This document shows, one piece after another, positions 53,117 to 64,000 of a stretch of DNA of 64,000 nucleotides. The position numbers and the translations under genes were made by a program. Origin of the DNA: Ophelia neglecta. Its lineage: Eukaryota. Position 1 is the first letter of the stretch; the number at the start of each line of letters is the position of its first letter. The stretch is taken from the NCBI GenBank assembly GCA_965285935.1, contig OZ260662.1, positions 119,722,001-119,786,000 on the forward strand, given 5' to 3'. The notes beneath the pieces are model-generated. The model saw only the letters and a list, made by a program, of their open reading frames with translations. It had not been told where the DNA came from and made no database searches.

Positions 53117-53385
53117 GGTTTCGGACCGGTTTAAATGTTGTTACTGTTTGGGATTAGTGGATTGCTGTGATGTATGTGCCTGCGGCTCCTGGTTCCTGGT
53201 GGTTTCGGACCGGTTTAAATGTTGTTACTGTTTTGGATCAGTGGATTGCTGTGATGTATGTGCCTGCGGCTCCTGGTTCCTGGTGGTTTCGGATCGGTTT
53301 AAATGTTGCTGCTGTTTGGGACCAGTGGATTGCTGTGATGTATGTGCCTGCAGCTACTGGTTCCTGGTGGTTTCGGACCGGTTTA
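53116..53385. repeat. 84-bp tandem repeat, about 3.2 copies
   Basis: TGGTTTCGGACCGGTTTAAATGTTG...GGTTCCTGG is repeated and abuts the right arm of the MITE. Confidence 0.92.
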
Positions 53386-54598
53386 CCTAACTATTTGTGA
53401 TTAATGATCCTGCTTAGTTTGCCGGGTATTTTTATCCTCTCCCTTTTTAGTAAAATTCCAAAATTGCCTGCAAGGGACTCTATATATTGCACAGTTAATG
53501 GGATGTTATTCCCAAAGTACATTTCTCACTTTCGTATCGATTTCATCTTCCATTTCCTTTGGGTATTCGTTAAAATTTGCTGTTTGGCCATTTGTTACGA
53601 TGTTCTGTCTCCTGCCATGTGAAATTACTCTGTCGAGGAGCCAGCTTAGATTATACAAGGTAATAAATCATCGTTTAAACCATCTTTATTGAGAAGGAGC
53701 AAAAAAACCAAATGAGTATTTCACACCTTGTTCCAACCATCGCAATAGCACACACGTTATAAATCTTTTCACAAAAGTCCGGCGTACCCTGGATGCGCAC
53801 TAGTCATAAAATGTGTAGGTCTTAATGATTGCGCAGAAAGGGAAGGCTTCATAATGTGTTTTAATGGGTAAGGTCCAGTCATTTTATGAAAATATAGAAC
53901 AGAAAAGAAAACAAGCTCCTAATCAATTCCAGTTGTTTAGTTGAATAACATGCGGTAAATATGTGTGTTGAAATAAAGAAACCTGGCATCATTGACAGCA
54001 TTATAGAAAAACAACATGTATTTTCGTTGAAGATTTGAATCGCATTTGTCTGCCGTTTGTTTTTTTTTATTTCCAGGTCCCTCGGACGTGACCTAACTTT
54101 GTGGCATTGATTTCCAGACGTTTAGCATCAAATAAACACAAGTTTAGCATCAAATAAACACAACTATCAGGATAAGCTTCACTTATCTAGACAACAAATC
54201 TTTACTCGGTCGATTCTGAAGCTGAGATGGGACTCTTTATCATTACAAAAATCCTGGCAAGAAAACCCATTAAAACGGGAGAGGATACTCGGCATAGATC
54301 CCAATATTGATTATCAAGTTTATGCTATTAAACCCGTCTGAAGTCACCAGGAACCGTAAGCAACAGGCTCAGCAATGTCATCCTCAACTGCATAACCGTC
54401 AATAAGAATGTACAGAAAATGATGCGAATATATAAAGTTACCGTGCAGAGACGTGGTGGTAGGCGTCCAGAACATCTCCATAAAAGCAGGTTTCAGCAAC
54501 CTCTGTTTAAGGCGTTCAAGATCATTGATGAAATTAACAGCATACTTGTTGTAAATTAACATCACACATGGTTAAGATGTTTCATTGTTATACAACAC

Positions 54599-54672
54599 GT
54601 GGGTAGGGATAAGGGCCTGACCTACTTGACTTCATGCGGGTAGGGATAAGGGCCTGACCTACTTGACTTCAT
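54599..54672. repeat. 37-bp tandem duplication
   Basis: GYGGGTAGGGATAAGGGCCTGACCTACTTGACTTCAT x2. Confidence 0.85.
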
Positions 54673-56930
54673 CTAAATATTTGGTTTTTATATTCTCCAC
54701 CGACAAAAGTATGTAGCTAACCCTATACGCAGAGATATATCTACGATATGAAAATGTTTGATACATTTACCAAAGGGAAATATGTAGTAACATGCCGTTG
54801 ATTACCAGTTCTAGGCGGATGAAGTCAAAACCTCTCTGCTAGGATATACATGACATACTGAAATATCAAAGAATAGCAGTATACGACTTTGTTTTACCCA
54901 TCCTCTGCATTCTCATCGCACTATGACAAAGCGGGATATTTTGTTTTGTGTTCATTTCATTTTATAAATAAAGGTTAAATATTCTGTAAATAGTATGATT
55001 AAAATAAGGCAACACGTCGGGTATATATCGAATTTTAAGTAGAGAAGCTGCCTTCATCTTAACTTTATTTTAATGAAAGATAATGACTAATTTAATATAC
55101 AATGCCTTGCATCTTGATATGGCACAACACAATCAACATATCAAATTAACCTAGGAATGATAAATGGAGAACAATGTTGAGCTTGGGTGAGTATAATAAA
55201 ATGTCCCTCAGACTTGTCGACTGTGTAAGACTATAATTGAACGGAAGCCAAATGGATCAACTTCAGATGTATTCAATACATTTTGCTGAATAAGTTTTGC
55301 CTATTACCGACTTGATTTGACTTCATAATATGTTGAGACGTCTAGAACATGCTCTATGGCGGCACTTTCTTTCCTGTGGCGATTGTTCTAGTCATTGAAA
55401 TTTTGCCTTTTAACCTGAGTCAATCTGACACTGTGACAAACCCTCTCCACCGTGTAATTCGGCATGGATATTCTAATCCTAAAACAGTTTTTTTCTTGTT
55501 CAAGCATCGCCTGAATGGGTTGTCCGATTATTTTGCCATTCTGACTTGTAACGGAAAAAACCCAAGTAAGTATTATTGTTGTTAAACCCGTTACTTCATG
55601 GAAATGATTTTGCATGGAAATGATTTTGCCTGTCGGAAATAAGTTACCTTAACAATATTGTTATAGTCCATTTCAATTCACTTTGTTCTAAAATTACCCT
55701 GCCGGACGAGCTATAATATCGATGAATTCAGGAATCGCAATAAGTGGAGCCTTGGTATTTTAATGTACCTGCACGGCTCATTAGATTTGCACCATTGAAA
55801 GCCAACAAGATATCAACTCAATGAGGTGTACTTGCGCGCAATGACATTCTGGTTATTTAATGGCAAATATGACAAGGTGTCAATCAGGCCGACGGAACAA
55901 TCTCATAACGGGAAAAAAATATAGTTGTGCTGTGAAAGGACAGCGGGCATAAAATATCGTGATCCCAACTCCCTCAGAGCCTCAAGACTCAATGACTGCT
56001 AAGCAATATAAGAGAAAATTTGAAACATATAAATACAAATATATTTATATCTAATTATAATGTTGCCTCAGTTTAACGTGTACTCGAAATTCTGGTAATC
56101 GATGTTCTTAGTTTTACAATGAAACACAAGAATTAAGGCAAAATTTTTTTAAATACATTTATTCAGTAAAGGAATTTGGTCCATTTAATATGTATAGCAA
56201 TGGCTGCAATGAAATGTTGCGGTGCAATTTGTAAGTTTAGTGTTAATCATAATTTAACTACTATGCACACTGCTGATAAACAATAGAGCCCATTCCAAAG
56301 CATTACTCAGTATGTGATATTTTTGTATACGCAAATTCTTGTTATATATAAATATATACTATGTAAACTATTTGCCATACATAAGCTGTCATCCTGAAAT
56401 ATATCTTTTATTATATGTCCATTTTGTTTTATACAATGTTCTTTCCATTGCGTAGCATGCAGATTTGTTCATCATGCTTCAAGTTTTACCAACCAAAGGA
56501 TATCACGACGACAATGACTATAGATTAAACAAATATTAGGTACAGATTTACCAAACCTTAGGTCTCAAAGAGTGTTACAATTTGTTTAATGTTCATCGGC
56601 AGACATCATGCCAAACATACTTATATTGTCACACATCATCGAGGGTTAACTTAATTCAATTTTTGAATATTATATCTGAAATCTTCCGCATTATCGACAC
56701 AACTATTGTCATAGATGTAGATTGTTCATTGTGAGAGCATTCTTACGATTGTCTGTGAGTATTGGTTGTGCCTTGACCAGTGTGTACTCGCCTGATGGCA
56801 GCGTATGTCCTTGTATCTTAAGTGTTAGTGATATAGGTCATAGATTGTCGACACGAAGCATCTCCGGTCGACTAAGGATACACTCGGTAAGTGGTATGGG
56901 CAGGCCTTGAAGATAAAATATGGGGTTCTG

Positions 56931-59900
56931 CTAAGAGACGCTCTCGTATTGGCCCCGTAGATGTTCGTATGCAGTCCCAATCGAAGGTCCTCCTGAATAA
57001 TGGAAAGGTAAACGTTCAACGACAAGGTTTTACCCATCGTGATAGAAATGATAATCAAAACCATATAATATTTATGAATTGTTCCAAAATGTGTTATAAT
57101 TCATGTAAATAAATATATAACATATCATGTCTGACTATTTAAATTAAAGGAGGTAGATTTTGTCAAACAATACGCCTGCCACTTATCTGCACAGACGGCA
57201 CACTTAGCTATTTCCCCTTTGACCGTGTTGCGTGAAGCAACATACCTTTATACATTTGATGAGTTCATATCACTAGACACACAAATAACGTCTATTGAAT
57301 GATGAACATTCAATATCAAGTTAAAGTCCATTGATAAAATGTAACAATGCATTTGAGATAAAAATCATGGAAACTATTAAAGACATATTGATCCATCCAT
57401 TCAACTGATAAACTGTCTATATAGCTATGGTTATATTTAAAATGTATTGAAATCATCCGGGTTATAATTTTGAAAGGTCTGACAGAACAATTATGTCTAC
57501 TGTAAGGTTTGTAGAAAAACGAGCAACATGCCACAAATAACTTTATTAAAACGCTCCTGAAAAAAATATTTATATCAAATGGCTTTTACCAAATTAAAGT
57601 ACTTATAAATTATATAGTAACAAATGTACTAAAAGAATGAGTCCGATATGAGTTCAACTTGAGTACAAATGTCGGGCGCATACAGCATGTGAAAGGAATT
57701 CCGAATATCAATTTAATAATAGACCTTTCGCATATCACACAATAATGGTGTCTAAACACTAAAGCAAAATTTAAAAACTCGATTGAAATTTAACGTACAG
57801 TAATAACTGCTTGGCTCCAGCGTGGCATGTACGTTTGACTTGCGGGGCGTGTGTACTTGACAAGAGGGCGGATTCGTTTGATAAGCGGACATGTGTGTTT
57901 GACAAGCGGGCAGATACGTTAGATAAGCGAACAAGTGTGTTTGACAAGCGGGCAGATACGGTTGGTTCGTTGAATTAGTAAAGCATCCATATAACGGGCA
58001 ACAGTACGTTTCAGCCACAGAAATGAATAGGACAACAGTAGTACCACCATGGGGTAATGATTTGCGCTAAACAAATGGTCTTACTAAGACATAAAATACA
58101 ACATTTTAACTCAGGGCATGATGACTTGTAATGTACAAATATTCTGTATATATAAGTATATAAATAAGCATGTTACCGCTGATGAAGTGGATACACTTAT
58201 ATTAGTTATTGTAAGCATATATTTGTTTTAATAAAAACACTTTAGATCCTCGTTCCATAGGGAAAAAATGCTTAATAATAACGTGAAATAACTAGAAAAT
58301 TCGGCATTTTCGGCCCAAAATTCGTAAAATAAAGCTGTTCAGTGGCTTGGGTGGAATGTTATGAATTTGTAACGTTTGACACATGCAATCGTGGCTTGAC
58401 GAGAACCTAAAGTGCTTTATTTGGGCCTAACGAGCTGACCGCCGCCGTAAATACACCCTGTAAAGATTCAAGTTAAACGAGCGTGGATGATGAGTGCTAT
58501 TAGACGACAGAAGCGCCTCCGTCATACCGCCTACCGTGAGCTCTGTAGGTCGTAGACACAGATGTTGGTGACATGGTATATACTGTGGATTCGTAGTGGT
58601 CACATGACTAGAAGAAATGTCATAGATCTATATACAAACATCACATATAGGTATATACATATATACATATACATACCCCAATATACCTATCACTTTTACA
58701 TAGAAACAAACATAGGCCAATATAAATAGTGGCATTCAGCAAAATGTCAGAGGCTAATATACACATAGAGCCGAATAACATAAATATAATCTAACCAGCT
58801 AATACGATCACGTGAAGATACATAAGATATGATTATTCTTTGATTGATATTGGGAAATAAAACAATTGATAAAATGCGTGATCAAACTAACATTTTATGT
58901 TTTTATAGACCAATACATATCGCGTGTATTTCCAAATTGCGATGGAAAGCTGCCTTATTCATTTACTTATAATGAGAGCAGAAGGAAGCGTCAATTTAGC
59001 TTTGTGTAGATTTATGACCAGCTAACACAATATTGCGCAATTAATCCAGCATTACCTACCTTGGGAATACAGAACTTAAGACAACAGGTGAGAACACATC
59101 CGAGCGTGGCACATATCACGGCAGCTGTCAGGCACAGCACGAAGATAACTATAAGGACCACATACAGGATGGTGACAAACTTCACAGTGTTACACGAACT
59201 GTCTTCTAGGACCCACCATCGGCTACCGTCAGCCCTGCAGAGAAACAAATACAAAATAACTAAAGGGACTTAATATATTTGAGGATTGCCAAATTATCTT
59301 CTGAAAGCCCGCGACAATTCGAATGGTTGAATTTAGGGTGATTTTTTTTTATATATTGCTAGATTTTAGGAAATATGATTGAAACCCGATGTTAATTGTC
59401 TGGTTTACAATAGCAGTTTGCTACTAGAGTTGGTGGGTTTGAATTATGTGTCAGTGGCTGCTCAAGAGCTCTAGCAGCTTTTGAACTGTGTTGATGCCTG
59501 AGCTGAACATAAGGGGGCTGTTCATGAAGTGATCCCTTTGTTGTTCTTACTTTACTCGGAGGTGTGTTCACTGAGCTGTCCTGTGCGTTCTTGTTTGATA
59601 GAGCCAGCAGTGAATCAAATGAGATGGTAGCCAGACCGGACCGTGTTCGAACTAACTTTTGGTTGCGGATGACGAAGCTGGTGGCGTTTAGACAAGGTTC
59701 AAAAAAATCCCCATAAGCAGACATAAGTGATTCACCTAGGTACCAGTAGTCGAGATTAGAGGAAATCTCAGGGTGATAGACTGGCCAGAGTCGGTAATTC
59801 TGTCAGTATTATTCCAAGTCGAATGTCATAGCTGTACCAGTCGAGAAACGGGGTTGGTTTCTCACTGTCACGCCAGTTCTGTCGTCTCAAAAGAGGCATA

Positions 59901-62679
59901 GGACGTTGATACATGTACGGACTGTGAATCTTGAACACTGAACTTTGAACTCTGAACCATGGATAGTCAGCTGCTACAAGTCATCATGGAAACATCGCAA
60001 TTCCGAATCCACAGACAAAACCAGCTAGGCGCATTTGTAGATTTGTCAATCCCATATTTTTTGATAACTTCTAAATTTATCTGTGTTGTGGACAACTAGG
60101 GAAGCATTCCGTCCATAACAATATGCATTAAATGTTTCTTTAGAATCTGCTATAATAGTGTACAGCACATCAGCACTCTAGTCACATTGTTTACACTAGT
60201 ATATCCATGAAGTAAGTATTGGTTATACACACAAACACCAAATATAATTCATACTAACCATGCACATTTACATGTTGTGTCTTCCTGTACACACTCTCCG
60301 AAGATGTGCACTGTCACACCGTATGTGGCAGAGTCTAGATAACCTGTCACCGCGAAAAACACAAAGGCAGCCACGCCTAGTACGGAGGAAAACCCAACCC
60401 AGACTCCTATCTAAAACGATACAACGTGTTATACATACAAATGATAATGAAAGGGTCTATTTGTAGAAATGGTCTGGGAATTAACGCTGCATTACGAATC
60501 TGGAAATGTGTGTGTGTGTCGGGAAAGTTTTTTTTTGTTTTTTTGATTTGGGGTGTAAAAGTCCCATCTGTTTTTGCTCGTTTGTATCCCTAATTTATCG
60601 CCCCGACGACCCTACCCCAGCATAAATGAGGAACACTCTCTTACAGCATTAATCTACAGATCCAACGTGCACCCAATTGTTCGCCTGATATCGGTAGCAT
60701 TGTATGTTAAAAATTATACCCCTTATTAACATATACTATCGTCATTGATTGCTGTGCACTCTCAATGTGGACGAATTCATACACGTTGAAACGGCTGTTA
60801 TTCACGGTGTTGTGAGATTAAGTGCCCTTTTAGAATGATTTAAACACCCATAAATGGCAAAGTATATTGGCATTTCTTTTTTCAGGTCCATGACAACTCG
60901 TTGCGTACGGAAACATCTTACGCCACACCCTCCTGTTGTTCATCAAACAGCTACGATTCATGCATATATTTTCATGGCCTGTTTCTGTTTCTACAGGTAA
61001 GATTGACGGTGTAAATAATAATAATAAAAATAGAAACTCACCCACTTTCTGTTGCCACTGAGTACGCAAATTATTCCCAGGATACCTATGAGGATCGGCT
61101 GAATGAAATCAGAAATTGTAAATAAAATAATAAACGAATCAAAACATTGAACTACAAAAGCAATGGTCATCAGACCATTAAAATAATACAAATCCTTTCT
61201 ACCGGCATTCTACCGGATGAGAATAACATGTGTGTCATTCCAAATTGAAATAGCTCTTAATTACTTCCTTATTCCAAATCAAACAATATGGACTATCAGA
61301 TCTAATATACTTGTATTATTATCGGTTGTGTACCGTTTTTATAAACAAGTTACTTTTGTTATATTTTGTTGTAGATAATAGGCTATTTCACAAATATTTT
61401 GTTACAATGGGTCTTTCATTTTCTTAAATGACAGCTTTTGGACTACTATATTGATTATATTTATTATTGTCTTAAGATGTCGCATCAATTCGATGCCTGC
61501 CTACTAGCCAGTTTCGTGGTGTTTTGAACTTAGTGACTTAACCGACAAATCGCACGTAATGTCAGTTAATTATAAGTATCATTACTCCCTCATCTCATGT
61601 CATCATCTCATTTTTTATCCCACGCATATTTGTAAAATTTGTCTCAATGATTGGACTCAATGATTTGGAAATAACCTTTTTCAAGCCCTTGGCTTCTGTA
61701 AAATCCAAACCATGTAAATAAATAAGTTCAACCCAAACAATATGGGCCCTTCAGACTTCCATGCGTCCTACGACTGAGAATCTCGTCTTTTCTTTCCAAT
61801 CAGCTGTTTGCTATAAGGCTGATACAATGCGACACGTTGAAATTGCAATTGGATTCCTACGGCTGCGGGGCTTCATTCTGACATTGATTTAATATGTAAA
61901 TTGATTTTGGTAACGTTGTTATGCCAATTGGTAATAGGATTTGTTGGCTTGGATTAATGCTGTCCACAACCATTCTGAATGTTTTGTGGCATACAAAGGG
62001 ATTGGCGGGTTTTGAAACATTCAAAGGTCAAATAGCGTATAAAGACCCATATGGACTCACCTCATTCAATTAATTTTTTGTTTCAGAATTTGATTTGATA
62101 TTAAACTTCATTAAAAACTGTCTCTCAAACGATTCAACATACCCTTGGCACTATTTGCAAAGCACATTATATTGTAAAACTGTAATACACCCATTCACAC
62201 AGAAGGAATATAACTCACAATAACAAACTTTGTTTAGACTGTAGGCGCTTGTGAATGATTGTGTAATTTCGAACATATGTATTTATATTGGTGGATAGAA
62301 ACATGCACCAACTATTTTTCTGAATCCGGTGACCACGGGCCTTCATCCAAATCAAATCTCACGGAATTTTGCGGGCATTTCACTTCGTTCTCTGCCCTTG
62401 TAATACATCATATTACAATTCTTTCAAACCCTCTACTGGCAAAGTGTAAAAAAGAATACAAGTGGCGATGACTCATTCCGTTGTTGATATAACAATATCA
62501 TTGTGTAATTGCATGGTGTGAAATTGCATTCACTATTTATAGCTCTCAAATTTACATTGTATTGTGAGTTATACTTACCAACAGACCGAGTGCCCACAGC
62601 CGTGGCAGATCATCGGAATCACCTGGGACAGAGGTGAGATTCTGGTTTATCTTGACCCCCAGCGTCATCAGAATGATTC
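56931..62679 (-). CDS. Four-transmembrane CD20/MS4A-like protein, copy 3 (exons 2-7 intact)
   Basis: Exons 62679-62579, 61098-61042, 60410-60259, 59234-59060, 58607-58535, 56992-56931 have identical lengths and phases to copy 1, no stops, and GT-AG junctions. Exon 5 is 44/58 aa identical to copy 1. Tail ends TAYEHLRGQYESVS*. Confidence 0.85.
57848..57965. repeat. Degenerate tandem repeat of about 42 bp in intron 6 of copy 3
   Basis: GTGTGTTTGACAAGCGGGCAGATACGTT.GATAAGCG repeated about 3 times. Confidence 0.75.
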
Positions 62680-63902
62680 CTGAAATAGTAACGAAAGTGG
62701 CAAATCATATGAGGTATTAACTTTTTGAGTTGTTCAATGCCTTGTTTCATAATATTGGCCTAATAATAACGCTAAATTAGCGTTGGATGTTATGCAATTG
62801 TCATGTGGCAAATATCAAATACTAGTAGAGAGCCTTGTGCTACCCAAAGTACAAACCAATGGGATCAGAACGATAAGTGGCTATTAACTGAGTTGATTAA
62901 TAGACATTCCTGCATGCAGAAAGCACAACATATCAAAACAACAAATAAGGGCTGAGAACCAGAAAACCTTGGCGAGCAACCGAGTTTCACATATGGTGTT
63001 AACACAGGGCTACTGTACTAAAAAGTGTTTTCTGAAATGACAGACGGTGTTTAGAAGGAGTTTCTTTAATCACACATGGTGTCTAGACATGTTTCTGTAA
63101 CCACAGATTATGTGTTCTCTGCTTAACAGTATTCTCTGCCATACCGACCATGGTTCATGTCTGATCAATGTTGCCACTAAGAAATAAAAATAAATCAAAC
63201 TGTGAGAGGAAACCACACGAGCATGAGAAATGAGAACCACAACAATCCCCACAGGTTTATTGTAGATAATCTTGTTTTCTCAACTCCTAGATCACATTAT
63301 GTGTGGCAATTCTATGGTCTTTCCAGCAATTTTTGGTGTCAGCTGTTTTGTTTTTACGACGACAGTCTTATGTAGTGACGGCGTCATTTGTCTGTCGGTT
63401 CCTTAAACTGGTTCTTAATGTTTCACTGTCCTATGTTTATCACCGACGCGTTTGTTTTGTGTTTTAACTCGCATCATAGAAAACTGTTGATCACTTCTCA
63501 TTTCCAGATGTATCCATTTACATACTGTTTGGGAGCTGGCGATTGATGGATGTTGGCCAGTCCTTGCAAGTTCCTGACGAGGTGGCACCGAATTTATGGA
63601 CTGCTCTTGGTAAATGTTTTTGCTTTGTCTGTCCTTTTTGTATTAATGTTTTATCTGCATGCTATCCACTCCATTTTGAAGCACAATGGTATTGGTATGT
63701 TTACCACAGGCGAAAATTAATTACCTCTAATTAGTCAGCAACGTCTCATTCCAAAATAATACATGGGAGGTAAATACTTGCTTTTGCTTGTGCGCTTGTG
63801 ATACCTTTAGAATAACGGTGATTGTCCAAAAATATTTATTCGTTTATTTGATGAATGATACCACAATGCCAGTGAGAAGGGGTATGGGTGTTTATTTCTC
63901 AC

Positions 63903-64000
63903 CTGAGAGGCATCAGCAAATTGGGACAAGTTCGTACAGAGTTGATCATGAGTAAGAGCAGGGTGACCCCTATGAAAGCAGTGACTATACCAAGATTCGA
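63903..64000 (-). other. Probable exon 1 (TM1) homolog of copy 3, truncated by the window edge, splice phase unresolved
   Basis: NLGIVTAFIGVTLLLLMI aligns with copy-1 YAGIRGAMVGLNLLLIVT, but the homologous donor is absent. Confidence 0.55.

Noticed and set aside
53148-53400. Cys-rich repeat peptide ORFs (metallothionein-like)
   Set aside because: A by-product of an 84-bp (multiple of 3) tandem repeat, with no gene context.
56825-57064. 79-aa ORF from the track (EDLRLGLHTNIYGAN...)
   Set aside because: Wrong frame of exon 7. The substitution pattern against copy 1 supports the GGPS...YEHL frame.
59392-59724. 110-aa ORF in intron 4 of copy 3
   Set aside because: No recognisable motif. It may be a TE 5' fragment, but I cannot support that from the sequence.

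Overview
AT-rich, intron-containing animal genomic DNA, probably a lophotrochozoan such as a mollusc (inferred from the SINE, HINE and LINE types). It holds three main things. (1) A bounded 6.5-kb ISL2EU-type DNA transposon (PIF/Harbinger-ISL2EU-Spy group) at 1210-7749. It has 19-bp perfect TIRs, a 2-bp AT target duplication and a second subterminal inverted repeat. It carries an intact THAP-HTH-DDE transposase and a convergent spliced gene for a SAP / half-SWIM / YqaJ (lambda-exonuclease-like) / PHD protein. (2) A tandem minus-strand family of 7-exon, four-transmembrane CD20/MS4A-like genes that the ORF track mostly misses: an intact copy (15015-23011), a pseudogene (31287-31990) and a near-complete copy (56931-64000). 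The two copies that retain a 3' end have Tyr-motif C-terminal tails. (3) Transposon debris and repeats: a near full-length but disrupted APE-RT LINE, a tRNA-derived SINE with TSD, a Helentron-type HINE, a palindromic MITE, BEL/Pao and CR1/L2 remnants, and a 59-bp hairpin satellite with 4-mer higher-order structure. All calls come from reading the sequence by eye; no searches were run.
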